The notes beneath the pieces are model-generated. The model did no database searches, was not told the origin of the DNA, and saw only the letters and a list, made by a program, of their open reading frames with translations. Made by a program: the position numbers and the translations under genes. A DNA stretch of 61,747 nt, counting the filler, from Sphacelaria rigidula (taxonomy: Eukaryota), in NCBI GenBank assembly GCA_964200075.2. It is 5 parts of 5 records of this genome, joined end to end, with 100 filler letters (N's around TTAATTAATTAA, not from the genome) between each part and the next. Parts side by side here need not be neighbours in the genome. Positions count along the whole stretch, not along the records: positions 37,112 to 49,379 come from CAXNAA020003943.1; positions 49,480 to 61,747 come from CAXNAA020003944.1; 3 more parts are not named here. One strand, written 5' to 3'. This document shows, piece by piece, positions 37,112-51,174 of this stretch. Position 1 is the first letter of the stretch, and every line of letters starts with the position of its first letter.

Positions 37112-40100
37112 TGTACCTGGGTTGCAACGCTGAAAATAAAGCCTAGGGATTGATTCGTACGATCCGAATCAATTACACTGAAACCAAGTATTTTCCAGAC
37201 GAAGCATTGATGTGTCCGACCCTTGCAATGTTGTGCAGCAGGTGCACCAAACTCGTAGCCGGTCCAATTGCTATTATGTCGTCGTTAGACCCATACAGGC
37301 GTTTCCAGATCCCCCCCCGTATTCCGAACTCGCCACAGGCATTTTAAGGCGTGTTCGGCTGTAGCGATTTCTCAAACAAGTCTGATCGAGTTTTAACAGT
37401 GGAGATATTTCCAACATTTCCCACGCGATTAATTGTGTGATACGGGACTGTCGCTGAGGAATTATTAATGTGTCGAATATTTTAATATTTTTTCTCAAGC
37501 AAAACTCCTCAGAAGAGACCGTGTTCGAGAAATCTGGCCGAAAAGTACCAGAAAACACATCAAAAGTGATTTTTGTCGGAGAACCGGCCTTACCCCCAGG
37601 CCTGGTCTAAACGACAGAAGACAACGAAGTTATTGGGAGAAAGTCGATGAGAATGATTAATGGCCAACACGTGACCCACGCGTGACAACCATTTTTCTAC
37701 GTTCCCTTCCGTATTCTCACCGTCATCCCCTCACAAAAAAAAAATCAAAATCATTATTTATTGAGAGAATGAACGAATAACACGATGAAAACGCGAAAAA
37801 GAACGTGAAATGGTAGTCCCATGGTGCTGTTATGTCCGCCATTCTCATTTCCTTTCTCGGATTTTCTGAATCATTTTTTGTTCTGTCTAGACGGGGCCTC
37901 AGAATTAGATTCATGAACCCGAATGGAATAAAAACGCGAGAAGACCTCTCTGAATTTTCGATTCCCCATCATCTACATCTTGTGAACCCCAAAGAATGAA
38001 ACCACCAAAAAGGCTCTGTCGTTTAGAAATTTGCAAGGAACTCTAAATTTCAGAGGATTTTGAGGAGCGAAGCCTTCATCCACTTTTCGATTTCCACCTG
38101 CGTAGGACAAGGAACAGCTTAGTTTCACATTGAATGGTTTTGAGTTCATGGCGGGCTTGAGGCTAGGGCTAAAGAAATGTGTCACCCATCACTACTTGAT
38201 GTCACAGAACTGGCGTGAACCCGCCTCTGCTCATTCAACAGATTAACCCGCCCTTGCGATCAAAGGCCCTCACCTTGAGAAGTTCGAGTGATTTTCCAAA
38301 TCATTATTACTGATGATGCATCCCTTGGCTTTGCAGAAGCTGTACTGTAATTCTTCTCAGAAGAATCTTTTTGCCCCGTGAAGTAGGAAGAGACGCACAT
38401 GTCGCTGTGACCTACGCCGGGAAACAATCCGTCGTACCCACAGCGGCGCAAACGGAGCGGTTGCAATACTGCGGATGTGACTTTGAAAACGATGAAAGGA
38501 AAACAAATAAAGCAACCTGCTGAAATTTCATTCATTTCTGTGGTGATGGCGAAGGGACACAGTGTGGACATACAGGACCTACAACACTTTCCCGTTTTGC
38601 CGATCGTGTGAAATATCTGCTACTTCTCTCCCTTTGCTGCAGTTTCCGTGACGTATGTGTCGGATCTGATCCCAGACCTTAGTTTCGTGATGACAACGTG
38701 TGATGAGTAGCCCCTTCGTCAGGAGCTTCATTTTTCATGTGTGTGTGCATCATGAGTCGTTCACGATGACATAATAGCGAATAAGATTGGCTGAATATCG
38801 CCATCAGGTGGAGGAGTTCGCCTCCCCAGTTGGTCGCCAACACTATTGTATGAACTATTGGTTGTTGTTTGGTATGCGTTGGTCCTTCACTGGGTACTTC
38901 ACGTGTATGCATGTGGTTCGGTGGGAGCGAACCGAGTGGTGTAAATCGACGGTAGCAAAAGCAATTATTATAGTGTTTTGTACCCTGGATGCAGCAGGAG
39001 GAAAGAACGACGGGGGCTGTTTATGCTTTCGTCATGAACCCAACAACCACATATGAGAACCCATGGGCAAGGGGGTTGTTAACGTTGCACTAGGAAGCTA
39101 AGTGTGCGTTGGCGGACCTCAAATCGGCGTTGCAGGCGCCGATAGAACAGAAACACATTTTGGGCAAGCTAGGTACACATGGGACTGTCAGGCAAGGTGA
39201 ACATCCAGTATGGGTGTCTCCAGTAAAATCAAGTAATCAACCATTCTCAAGACAAATTCCTGAGCTCCACCACCATTGTTGTGGTTCCACTGAACAATGC
39301 TGCAGTTCTACTAGCCGAACAAGGAAGGGCATGAGAAATCCGGATGGTTGAAAATGTAAAACTTCATGGTTGGACCCTTCAATTTCAAATTCAAGAAATC
39401 GGATCAAATAGCCGGGCGTCAGGTGATGCAAAGGGATACTGCACGAATGTTTTGTATTCAACGGCAACCCTTCATTGGATCCCCATCACGAGCAACATTG
39501 GTAATGATCGTAGGGGTATCGTCACATCGTTGAGCACACACGCATATATGACGTCGGCAGACCGATTTTTCCGTAGTAACTTTTAAAGTCGTATCAAGAC
39601 TCGCTTGTCCGTTTTAAACACCTACAGCAGTGTCGACTTCAGTGTGGAGGGCAGCATAGTCTGTATAATAGTGCCGCATGCCCTCTGCAGCCCCATCATA
39701 TCTCGGTTGATGGTCGCTCACACAGTAGGAATACCTTGGGAATACTAACCGTGAATGTTTCTTTATGACAACAGCGGCAGCCGTTTTCATTCGCAAATGA
39801 ATGAATAGTTTTAGCTGCCAGGGATAATCCCCCTGTTCGCAATGATGGGGCTCGGAGCCACAATTCCGAAATGAGCAAATAAACGGATCGTCCCGTCAAT
39901 TGACCATACATGCTGACGAGGTAAACACCCTCGGTTTTCCTACCTATTAATAGTGGTTCTCTGCGTCGGCGAGAAGGAGAAAAATATAGTCTTCTCGATC
40001 TGTTGATAAAAATAATATGAGAGATAATACCATTACCCCCGGGGGGTGAGAGGTGTCAGGCATATATATATATATATATATTATATACCCCTACCATCAA

Positions 40101-41260
40101 TGCGATGACAACGCGTACCATGATACCCTCGACCAGAAAGGAAGGACAGAATCCAACATCTGAACTTTACTCATGAATAGTTTCGTCCGAGGGGGAGGAA
40201 GATAGCGATGACTGCGCAATTTCCCCAAGGACGACTAAAGATCCTAGACATAATGAAACGTTCCCCCTGTCCCTGTACTTCTGATGGTTGAGGCTTGTTG
40301 TCGACTATCTAACAAACCAGACACCAAGCAAAAAATAACGCCCTGCCTCTTGATCAGACCATCACCAACAGCTATTGTAGCACCCATTCGGCAACGGTGA
40401 TGGTACTTCACAATAGATTGATCCTATCGTGTGGTTATCTTGGGCTATCTCAGGCCCCACACGAACGCAACTCAAAATGATGCCGATTCACAAATCGTCA
40501 AGGGTTCCCAAAGGGTTAATTCAATCTATACCCTTTGTTGGATCTTGTTTGGATTGCTGCGTTGCCGGCCCCCCAGGAGATTCGAAAATCTTGGTACATG
40601 TTGCGAATATCTTTTGACGTCGGTTACACTTTTGCAGTTTGGCCCTTGGACGGGAAACCCCCTGCTAGCCTCGGAACAATCAAATCTTTCGGGCAATACT
40701 GTGTGGACAGAGTAAAAAAAAAAGAGAAATGTGACACCTCGAGGACCTGAACTGTGAACCGACAAACAGCAGTCGTAACAGCCAATGCCGGAGGCAGGCA
40801 TTCATCAATCTACACCCGAAGCGAGTTCTTGGTGAAAGGCGTGCCTACTGTGTTTGCTTTTGAAGAGCAAAAATTGATACATCACACATACGGCGATTGC
40901 GTACCTCTTTTGGGGCCTTACTGGCGTGCCGACTGTGGAGAACGGATTGACTGCTGAACTTCTATGTGAGATAGACCACAGGCAACAGCGTGAGAAATAG
41001 GAGAGGCAGCGTATAGTAGCGGTGCTGCCCTGTCTCATCTTCTCTGTACCTTGGAGATGACTTAGTGTTACACCTACTTTCGCGGACATCTGTCGACGGC
41101 AGCTGGCTGTACCACAGTTGCAGTGCGTAGTTTGAAGGCGCAAGTCGAGCTGTGTATTCGAAGTAGCAGCTTTCTCAAAATACTTTCCAACATCTGTACG
41201 TCAACCGTACTGCGCCTTGTGCTGCTCGAGACAGGAGACGTTCTGCCGTGTTTTGCACAG

Positions 41261-41680
41261 AACTCAATTCTAGGAGAGACATTCATCAGCAATAATCAAC
41301 CGTACCAGGGGGCGTGCGCGAATTGCTCATCACTTCTTGACGCAAGACGGAGGTTTTACAGCATGGCTGGGTACGACAGGCTGGACGCGTGGACGTCGCG
41401 TCTCCGTAATCAAAATGGGGTGTCTTTGTCGAATGGAGCAGTGAAACCCAGTGCCCCCTCGAAATCCTCGGGGTTTTTGCCTCGTAATGGAGACAACGGT
41501 GGACATGTCCGGGACCAGGATGGTCCGAGTGAGGTCATATCGGATGATGAAGATATGCGCTCGGCGCGAAGTGACCCTTTAACTGAGGGGGAGTACGGAG
41601 AAGGGGGCTGCGTGCAAGAGGCCACCGAATGGTCGGAGGTCGTGGCTGCTGCTCGAGGGATATCATCTGGCAGCAACTCG
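41261..41680 (+). CDS. Internal exon (140 codons) of an unidentified protein
   Basis: gtgttttgcacag|AAC TCA ATT ... AAC TCG|gtgagt. Open, phase 0-0, and lies inside the 190-aa ORF: NSILGETFISNNQPYQGACANCSSLLDARRRFYSMAGYDRLDAW followed by a low-complexity acidic region. Confidence 0.6.
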
Positions 41681-44398
41681 GTGAGTAAGATTTAAATCTC
41701 GGTTCTACATGCGCAGCAATCTTTGCCCGAAGACAAGTTATATGCTTGAGCCAGGCGTGAGCGGAGCATTTGATTATTTTGGTCGCATATTTTTTCTGGG
41801 GGCCTGTTTTTTGGATGGTGTGGTGTATATGTTGCTCGTGTGGGCCACTCGAACCTGGGCGTTTGTCTTGTTGTCCGTTATCTTCTACAATCGTTCGCGA
41901 GGTCTGAAGCCATGGAATAACAAGAGACCCTCTGGAGTTCCACTGTGTTAAACGAGGTCGGCCGTTGTGTGCTGCTGTCCCTACCGGCGATTGTTTTTGT
42001 GTGAGGGCATGATGTTCGACCCGGCATATCGCGCGCATTTCAAAACTCGAAAATGACCCTGGTTACAGACACAAAGCCAGCCACCCGCCCGAAAACGAAT
42101 ACTTCATGCCAACAGACAGTGCGAGACTTGGCAGCCCTACACCTGCGGCATCACGTTTGTCATTCAATGATGGTCAACCCTTGCTTCGATATTGCCACCT
42201 CTTTTTTGCCAGATCCTCATGATCGATCGCTTCTGGTGATTTGGATATCAATAGCACGGTAGTACTGTAGTTTTATGGAGCCAGCCTTTCGTGGTCTTTT
42301 CTGCATACTGGTCATTTGTTCAAGTAGTATATCCCGAACGCAACAACAGGTAAAGTTTTAAGTTCTGGTTTCCACGAACCTGCGGTAAGGCAATCAAACA
42401 CATCCAGCGAATGAGCCGTGAGCGGAACACTTCGATACAGGCTAGAGGAAGACGTATCACGATTGGGGAACAGCAGATCGGCCACGTTGCCCCTCTTTAC
42501 TTTGTAGGGCGCCACTGGTTTTCATCCAAGACTTGGATTGATACCTCTGAGTTTCATAAGTGGACATGTTTCGTACGTGAGGTTGGATTACCCGTCACAT
42601 TATTCCAGGCGGAATCGGTTCTCGGGTTCTTCGTATGTTCTTGCCTTACGTGCACCTTCGTTCATAATGGTCACCTCGATTGAGATCCGCTCAAAAAAGA
42701 ACAAAACGCGGTGACATGTATAAGTAGAGCAGAGGTGCCAGAGGTGAAGTCTGTATACCATGTTTTTCGATGTATTTCCTTTGTGTTCCGTAGCCAAGCT
42801 CGCGTTGGGGAGCCAATCTCTCCTGGGCAGGTACCGCGATACCGCAGTGTATCCTTGTTTGGGCGGCTAAATAGTAACATGAGGTGACGAGGCACCTTAC
42901 AAATATCCGATTTTTTCTCTTGGTCGAGCATCGTGGCGTTGTGCTGACATGATTCACCATGAATTCATTGGTAGCATTGGCAGATAGTGTGCATACTCCA
43001 GGTCTGCCGCGCTGCATAAACTCGAACGTCTCATCTTCGAGAGCGTTCGGGATGTGGGCATGAATCCATTCATTATAGATTCGTACTCATGAACACAGAA
43101 CGTTTTTTTTCACGAACCGCCGAAGTGCAACCGTTGGACATGAAATCTGGGGTACCACATCGATCGCCCAATTCATGTCTTGTCCAACATGACCATATGC
43201 GCTCCGATGAAGCACTTCTACTGTCCACCCCAGGATAGCTCCCCACACCCATCCTCCATCTCACAGCGCGAATCGCATGGCTGTAGTCTGTGGGATTGCA
43301 CTATGCTGTATGATACAGCAGTCAGTGTTGGTCTGTTGTGCCGATGTGTGTCCTCTCATTATTTTAGGGCGTAGCAGTTTCGGCAGCATTTTTCGGTAGA
43401 AAAGATTACCCACAATTCAAAATCGTCGACAGCGCCTGAGAAGAACCTCCGCTTTGGCATTGCTGGTGAACCGTTGCGACACACGAACGGCCAAACCACA
43501 TGACCATGAGACCCGACTGGTACTTGCCCAAATTATCCTAGAAAATAAATATATATAGCCCTGTTGGGTGAGACGGGGTCCTTTGTGTTCCTCACTTCAT
43601 GTGATGGAGATGGATGGAGATACGCACGTCGCTCCAACAGCACGAACTACTGCCCTACCTTCTCCCGCGCTCACTCAACACATGACGAGTACCTGCATTA
43701 CAATATTTTTCGGTACATTTCACAGTTTCAAGTCAACTGAAATGTACTGGCGTATTCGACCGACAGTCTAACCCTTTGATCGCGAGGGTAGGTTGCCTGC
43801 TAAATCAGCACCAGCCTCACTCGAAAAAGTATGCGTGATATTTATGGACTACCCGCATGCGTTTTGAGGTGTTGAGGTCAAATATACCGGGGATCTCGAG
43901 TTTGAGATACCTTTGTATTCATAGTATCATGATGTAACAGCGGTGAAGTAGCGTGTAACGGTTTCGTCAGAAAACTCCAGCCTGTAAATGTGTGCTCTGC
44001 TGATACCTTGCTGACGCGGACCTTTTCCCAGTTGTACTGGCATTTATTTTGTAGTATACGGTCATGATATCTCTATTGCAGGCCGCTTTGTGGTTTTAAC
44101 GGTACTACGGCAGAGATACCTGATGTATAGCCAACTATATGGCTACGGCACACGTGCTACACACGAGTCTTCTCTTGACTGAGCGATGTCTGGTCGGGAC
44201 AGAACAGATAGTGACGACAGTAGAAGAGTTTTTTCTCTTCACCAAAAGATCACTGGCAGGGACAGCAAGCACGTCGGGTCGAATGGTCAAGCAGCCGGCT
44301 CACCATGCTAGCCACCTCAAGACGCGAGTACAACTTGCGCTGCTTTCTGTGTTCGAACGGCTGCTCTCTGTTGCGCCTACTACAATGGGTGTACTCGA

Positions 44399-44710
44399 CC
44401 CTTGAAGGACGAGCGCAGGTTAACTGTTGAATCGGCATCGATTTCACTTGAGAAAGGTATGCACGATCCAGATGGATTATCCTCCCGGTCTAGGGGTTAA
44501 CCCCTGGACTGCGAAGGTAGGTCAACTGCTGAATTGGTATCAATATTCACTCGAATGAAGTGTGCATAATTCGGATGGACTACCTGCACCGCGGTCAAAG
44601 GGTGGTAACCCTTAGACCCCGAGGGTAGTCCATCTGGAGCATAGATGATAGTTTCGAGTGAAGCTGATGCCGACATAACAGATTGTTTACTCTCGCGGTC
44701 TAACGGTTAA
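44399..44710. mobile_element. Tandem trio of ~100-bp piggyBac-like MITEs (CCC...GGG ends, TTAA junctions)
   Basis: Units 44399-44496, 44501-44602 and 44609-44706 (the last inverted). Junction gggg|ttaa|cccc at 44497-44500 and terminal ttaa at 44707-44710. A fourth copy lies at 43772-43871. Confidence 0.65.
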
Positions 44711-46276
44711 CCTCTTGTTGAAAAGATCATTTGAAGGACACGAAAAACGGTAACCATACCCGGAGCAGCATAATTGGAATGCCAAAATGATTGCATCAAA
44801 GAGGCCAGTGCAGCTGGAGGAGTCCCTCGTGGATAGTCCTCTTGTTCAGATCGTCTGGCAGAGTCTATAATCTGCAAGTTTTCTCTTCTCGGCATACATA
44901 CCCGATTTACCGCGCTAGGTGACATGATCCCCGCGAGAATTTACCGTCGGCATACACAACAGCACAGGCTACGGCGCAGCAGTGTCAGCCACCATGAGTC
45001 GCACTCTTGCCGTCTCTACTCAGTTGTGAATGCGGTTCATGGGAGAAAAATGTCTGTATATCATCTCTTGACCATCCAACCGTACAGTCTAGAGTGGCGC
45101 TGCCTTTATCTTTCATCAAAAAGGAGCTTCGTGTCACGAGCACAGCTGCTCAACTTTACGGTGTGAGGCGTCCTTGCACTACAGTCTTTTTTCCAGCAGA
45201 AAATATTCCGACTCGAGGGGTTTTCAGCGACATTGACGACAACAAACTACAGGCAGTAGTAGCGGCCACAATAGTACAGTTACGGTTCACGATTCTGAAT
45301 TTGACTCTACATTAGGATATATTTGAGGCTCACACTCTGCCCCCTCTGTCACGTGGCACTATCACGCAGACAGTGAAAGTACTGTACAGCTGACATTCTG
45401 TGCCAATTAATTCATGATTACGGTCGCTTAAAGTGTATAAAATAGCTTCTGTAAGCAAGAAATACAACCACGAACCCGCCCGAACCTGGACTGTCGAGGC
45501 AATCCATGTCAAACCTGCTGCGTTTCGGAGTAGGGGATTGGGGCCCATCTACGGCATCTACCCGTGTTGAAAAAATAATCCCCTCCTCAAAAAGTGATAC
45601 CTTCCCTTGACTGTCTCCATCGTTTTTTGTGTCTAGGTTACCTTTCCATTTTCCCTGTTTTCATATCTTCTTCCTCCTCCTGTGGAGGCAAGAGTGCCTC
45701 TGAGTTGCCTCTGTAGTGTCCTTCATACTTCTGCACCTTGAGCGTCTCCTATGTTTCGCTCATACGACAATAGAACGCATTAGTAAAGCTCTGTGGTACG
45801 GATTTACGGAAAAGGTGGATATTGTTTTGTTGACCTTCACAACCAGCCGGAAAGTTGTACCGAGCAGAAGAAGGGATTCCGTTACCCCACCAGACAATGG
45901 GAAATATAATGGAATACACCATCCAAGAGCCAATACCTCTTTTTCTGGGGAAGGTAGAACGTCCGGTGACCGATGACAATCCGCCACTTGTTCCAAATTA
46001 GGAAGAAAAAAGGGGTGATGGAAACGACGTTGTTTCGGAACAACATGCGCTCTATTCTGGGATACTGTGCGAATTCGAACACGGGAGTCTCGAAATCTAC
46101 CGCATCGTACCATAGTACACGGATAATGCGGCCCAAAAGTCCAGCTGGCGACACTCTGCGAGTCGGAATCATGTGGTGTGGATTCAGCCTGCAACCTTGC
46201 TGCAACGATAGTTTCTTGTGGGCAATCTAAAAAAATTACTGAATTCATGTTTTCAGTTGTCATACACTACGTACCC

Positions 46277-46720
46277 TGGTCGCCCGAGTGGCTCAGTTGG
46301 TGAACTCGAAACGTCTTGCCGGTTGGGTTGTGGGTTCGAATCTTGAAGTCCCACGATATGGGATTTTTTCTTGCACCATGCCCCACAGGCAGTACAGTAG
46401 AGAGCAACTATGTCGTGGCTACACAACATTTGATTTGATGGTCGACGGGGAAAGGGGCTGCTGAGCCCCTGTCTCAATAAAGAATAGGCATACCTCCCGC
46501 ATTGATCGGGGTAAATCAAGTTGAAAACTGATGATGGACGAGGGAAAGGGGCCGCTGACCCCTGTCTCAAAAAAAATGGGCATACCTCCCATAGATCGGG
46601 GTAAATCAAGGTGAAAATTGATGAACGACGAGGGGGAAAGGGGCCGCGGGACCCCTGTCCCGATGAAAGATACTGTAGGCATACCTCCCATAGATGGGGA
46701 TACATCAAAGTGAAGAAGAA
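46277..46720 (+). mobile_element. SINE family A variant with a triplicated ~90-bp internal unit
   Basis: A-box TGGCTCAGTTGG (46289) and B-box GGTTCGAATC (46333), then three copies of gacg.gggaaaggggc.gc...cccctgtc...ggcatacctccc. Confidence 0.75.
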
Positions 46721-48142
46721 ATCGCGTGACGAGCGATGAAATGGCAATCGTTTGAGAATCGGTACTCGGCAAAAATTGAGGATCCGTCGATTCAGGAGAA
46801 GGACTGGAGAAATGGGATACGTCCTGTTTGTTTGCAGCGGCGCAATGTGTGTGTACGATTCAAGGCTAACTTGCAACTCGTGTGCAACTCGTTCCTCTCA
46901 CCTGATCGGTGAAAAGGTAGCCGCATTTGTGTATATCGAAAGGCTTGGATTGATGGGAAAATGTCGAACTCTTATTTCTTGCCCCCTTATCTGCGGGCCC
47001 CATACCAAGAAAAGGCAAGCACTGCAGAGGGAATGTGAAGTACAAAATCAAAGTGAAGGAGAAAACTCCGCTCTGCCTTCCTCCTGCGTGACGCCGGCTG
47101 ATGCACTCACACACCTTCAGTTATACAAATAAAAATACCTTCGATCGCACGTCGATCGATTACCTGAACATGAACTCGACCATTCTTCCGACAGACGGCG
47201 ATGTAAAAGTAGGTCTGCGTACGGCGGTGAAATTCGTGCCGGGCTTTTTCCCGCCCGCATATCGAGTCTAGATATTTTCGCCGCCGCGTGGATTGTCCCT
47301 GATGTGCATTCATTACTCTATAACTGAAGAGAATGTAGTCCGCCCATGAAGTCCATGCTTCACTGTGCAGGATGTGTAACCGAGCTCTCTGGGGTGGTTG
47401 TTGACGGGCTGTGTTGTAAACGACTTTTCCGGGGAAAAAAAGGAATTCCCTCGCAATTTTTCCTCCGACAGACTTCTTAGCTTGTCAAATAATGGATCAA
47501 TTCAGCGTTCGATGGCGTGTAAATCGGCTCCAATTTCACTCACAAAAGGTGTGCACGATCCGCATGTTACACCTCGCGGCCAAGACGTTGGGACTACCTA
47601 CTACTCGGAAAATCTGGCGTTGGATTTTTTTTTCAGCTTTTTATTTTTGTCGAAAATCACCACGAAAAAAGCGGGAAAAATCTGAACAAAACCATCAACA
47701 GGAGGTATCTCGGACTTGGTGGTCCTGATATACTTCAATCTGGACTCAGAGGGCAGGCGGGAATGCGGATTATATACCCGACGGATTCGCGGATTTGACT
47801 CTTTTTCTTTGTTTTTTCTTTGTTTTCGGGCGGTCACGTCACACTCGATCACCTTCATGTAAGTATAGTACAACAGCGCGGCACGGTGTGCTACCTGTTG
47901 GTATGTTAGTGATGCTCCAGCGGGAGACGAGTGTGCACATTTCTTGTCATCGGTATTATTTTTTCTCAAAATCAATATCATTTACAATTATCGTTTGCTT
48001 GTCATTGCTCTTCTTAATATATTGTCTTTCCCTTGCTCAAAAACATAAATCAAAACATCCAACCATCCATCCTCAAACAATCTTTAATTTAATTAATTGA
48101 AAAATATTTATTTCACTGTCCAAATCTACATTATTTTGTCCA

Positions 48143-48373
48143 TCACAAAATTCGACTTGATGGTCGACGAGGAAAGGGGGCTGCTAGACTCGTCTCGCGA
48201 TAACAAATGAAGGCAGGCACCGCAGAAGGAGGGTGAAGAGCTAAAATCAAGTAAGTAATGAACTCCTGTGTTGACCTTCCTCCTGTGTGACCCCGGCTGG
48301 TGCGCCCAAATATACCGAAATATGTAGCCCGTTAACCAGAATAGATGGGGGACGACAACACACACACACACAC
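48143..48373 (+). mobile_element. SINE family A, 5'-truncated, with (CA)n tail
   Basis: Body homologous to the other copies; ends gaatagatgggggacgacaacacacacacacacac. Confidence 0.8.
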
Positions 48374-48466
48374 TTACCTGAAACATGAGGTGGGGTACTT
48401 GAAGTTTGTACGCACATTTAATCGTCTCTGTTTCTGTTTTCGTTTGAACAGCTGATCAGAGGGGAT

Positions 48467-48790
48467 CTGAGGAAATGTACGTAAACACTGGTTAGTACTG
48501 TGGAGATGCCACCAACCCTAACGCTAACGCTAACCCTAACCCTAACCCCGACCAAGGCATCATACCGAAAACCTTCGGGTAAAGGGGATGTAACGCATTC
48601 CCTAGCAAAAACGGGCGTTGCCAGAGCTCAAACCGACGCCTTTCAGCCGATTTTGGACCAAAACACGTTCTGGACGAGCTGGGTCTTCTGCTCACCACTG
48701 CTCACCTGCCCCAGACCATAAATTTTCTCAGAACTTTCTTCAGTCTTGAATAAAGTAAAATCGAGTATCAACCATTGTTCACGTACATTT
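48467..48790. mobile_element. MITE family T copy (opposite orientation)
   Basis: Reverse-complement homolog of 60966-61274, including the (CCCTAA)n tract at 48514-48548. Degraded pieces also occur at ~8745-8875, ~17555-17615 and ~39045-39175. Confidence 0.8.
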
Positions 48791-49379
48791 TGGAAGGTAT
48801 ACTGGCCGATCATTGGAATTAAGGAAGGAGCATTTCATTGAGGATGAGAACCCGTAGGATCGATATCTTTGTATCCACACAAAATATTCGAAATATGGTT
48901 CCATTCCTTCACCTGCCGGTAGCTTTTGCCACAACGTCCATACATGGGGATACATTTTTGTAGTGAAATGTGAAATTCAACCAATCAGAGGCCCTCCAGT
49001 GAGGAATCAGCGGAATCTAGCGCCAATAAAATGCGATCTTCGTAGTGAATTATGTTGTGAAAAATGCTTGTGATTGGCTCGCAGGCGCGAGTCACATGTG
49101 TAGTGTACGCCGAGATGGATAGAGTAGCAGCAGAGGAACAGAACTGCACGCAGACAAGCAGACAGCAAGTGGAATACGGCCGCCGCAGTGGGTCATTGCG
49201 ACGCTTGTGTATCAGTATGTCACCATCTTGGTACTCGTAGTGTCTTCTCGTGGCCGCGAGCGCTGGGGCCGATGCCACCGGCAGCAGCCGTCATGCTGAC
49301 GGGTGCAAGCAGTACCCTGGCGGTGCACTATATCCGCACCACTGTGCTGTGCGTTGCTCCTTTCATTGCAGCATGGGGT

Positions 49380-49479
49380 NNNNNNNNNNNNNNNNNNNNN
49401 NNNNNNNNNNNNNNNNNNNNNNNTTAATTAATTAANNNNNNNNNNNNNNNNNNNNNNNNNNNNNNNNNNNNNNNNNNNN
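49380..49479. other. Artificial contig linker
   Basis: N44-TTAATTAATTAA-N44. Confidence 0.99.
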
Positions 49480-50012
49480 GAGTTGCTTTATTCTTTGGTA
49501 TCGCCACTTACAGAGACAGCCACGGCTTTTACACTGCCTCATGGGTGCATACCAGACGAGGGGGGGAATCTATCGATGTATACTGTCGAGTACGACAAAT
49601 GTTGTAAGCGTCGACCAAGAGTGTGTTGCAATCATAATTAAGATCACTGGCCATCGATGGACATTGTATACTGCAATAGATTCTGGGACGTATCTATCGA
49701 CAGTCATCGCGGTCATCAATATAATTGGTAAAACATCGACGAACAGCCATTGCTGTCATCGATAGATTTTGTGAACAATCTATCGATACTAGAGTTGTGA
49801 ACTGGTTTGGCCAACCAGTGAACTGGTTGCAAAAAATTACAACCAGTTACAGTTATCAGTTATAACTGAAGGACTGGCGGCGAAGTCGCCCCGCGACTCT
49901 CCCAGCGTTGCCCGGCAAAACGACGCAACGGAGTCGCGTTAATACGAGGTAGTACCCTCTTGACCGTGGGTCTGACCATATCCATTGCACCTTCTTGTTT
50001 CATTTATACCAG

Positions 50013-50074
50013 ACGTAAGAGAGGTCACATGACAAATGAGGCATCTGAATACAACGTTGAACAACTGGCACAAG
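50013..50074 (+). CDS. Candidate exon of an unidentified protein (RKRGHMTNEASEYNVEQLAQ)
   Basis: cttcttgtttcatttataccag| ... CAA G|gtcagt. The phase-1 end is compatible with candidate exon 52198-52280. Confidence 0.35.
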
Positions 50075-51174
50075 GTCAGTCGAAAGCTGGGTTCGAAGGG
50101 ATCGCCTGCTAAGTTCGAGGTGGTCGGGACGGATTTTTGTACCAGCCCCGCTCACGGAATCGTCCGCCTACCCATTTTGCCACCGGAGCCCTGAGATGGA
50201 GCCTAGATGAGAATCAGTGAAAAACGGCGGCTTTGGTCACAACGAAAACGCAATATTACGCGAGTGAGGGGTTCGGAACTCCAGATTTCTGCGGGTATTG
50301 TCGGGAGTATGTGAGAGATATAGGAGGATACTAAAATCAATGTAGTCACAAATGGAAATACCGTCGCTATTGAATACGGTGAAGTACGAATCGAGAACAG
50401 ATGCGGAATATATATCCAGTATCACATTCGCCTGGCTTCCCCTGGCTAATGGCAGTCCAACCGCGGGCTTGTGTGCGAGTGTTGGATATGGGTCCCGAGT
50501 GCAACTTCGAGTGGATGAGAGCGTTGATCCAGAACGCAACACGGTATCTTGCCCGGCATTCTTCAACGGTGACCCTTAGTGGTTTACTGCGGTGGGCGCT
50601 TCGTCGCACAACACATGGCCCGAGTGAAACACAGGCAAGCAATGGCCTCTGGCCAGCGATTATGGGGTCAACATCATTCATGATCTCCTTTGGACCGCCG
50701 CATGCACCGAGGTGCTAGTATCTTTTGTCGGCGGACCGCTGTACTACTGTATGCAAACTGCCATTTGTTTCATGTGTAGATCACGTAGCATGGTATGTAC
50801 ATAACGCGCGGGACCGTCAGCGGAAATATTGCGCCGAAAAGAGGCCCGGCGCTCAGAGGGTCAAGGCGGGTCCGATAACAAAATCAATCGTATCACTCAA
50901 TCAAGTGCAGCGCATGATCACGTAGCGTTGTTCGGTACAGGCCGGCCGTGTTCGGCGGTGCAATATTCACGAATATTGTTTCCTATTTGTGTATATACAT
51001 GAAGCTTTTTTTTTTTGTCATTTTTAATATTTTCATCGGGAGCGGCTATTTTTGTTGGAAGTATATACTTCGTATTCCTTTCCTTCTCTTTCCCATTCTA
51101 TTATATTGTTTTGTTTGTCTCTCGTTTTTGCTTAGTTTTCTCCGTTTGTCTCATCCCTTTTCTCGTCTTCTAGC

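Noticed and set aside
39045..39350. ORF ADLKSALQAPIEQKHILGKLG as an exon
   Set aside because: Its first part is a degraded copy of MITE family T.
46902..47023. Minus-strand exon candidates in contig 4 (also 38274-38340 and 37973-38097)
   Set aside because: The splice sites look plausible, but frames are ambiguous, no chain could be built, and they conflict with the stronger plus-strand exon.
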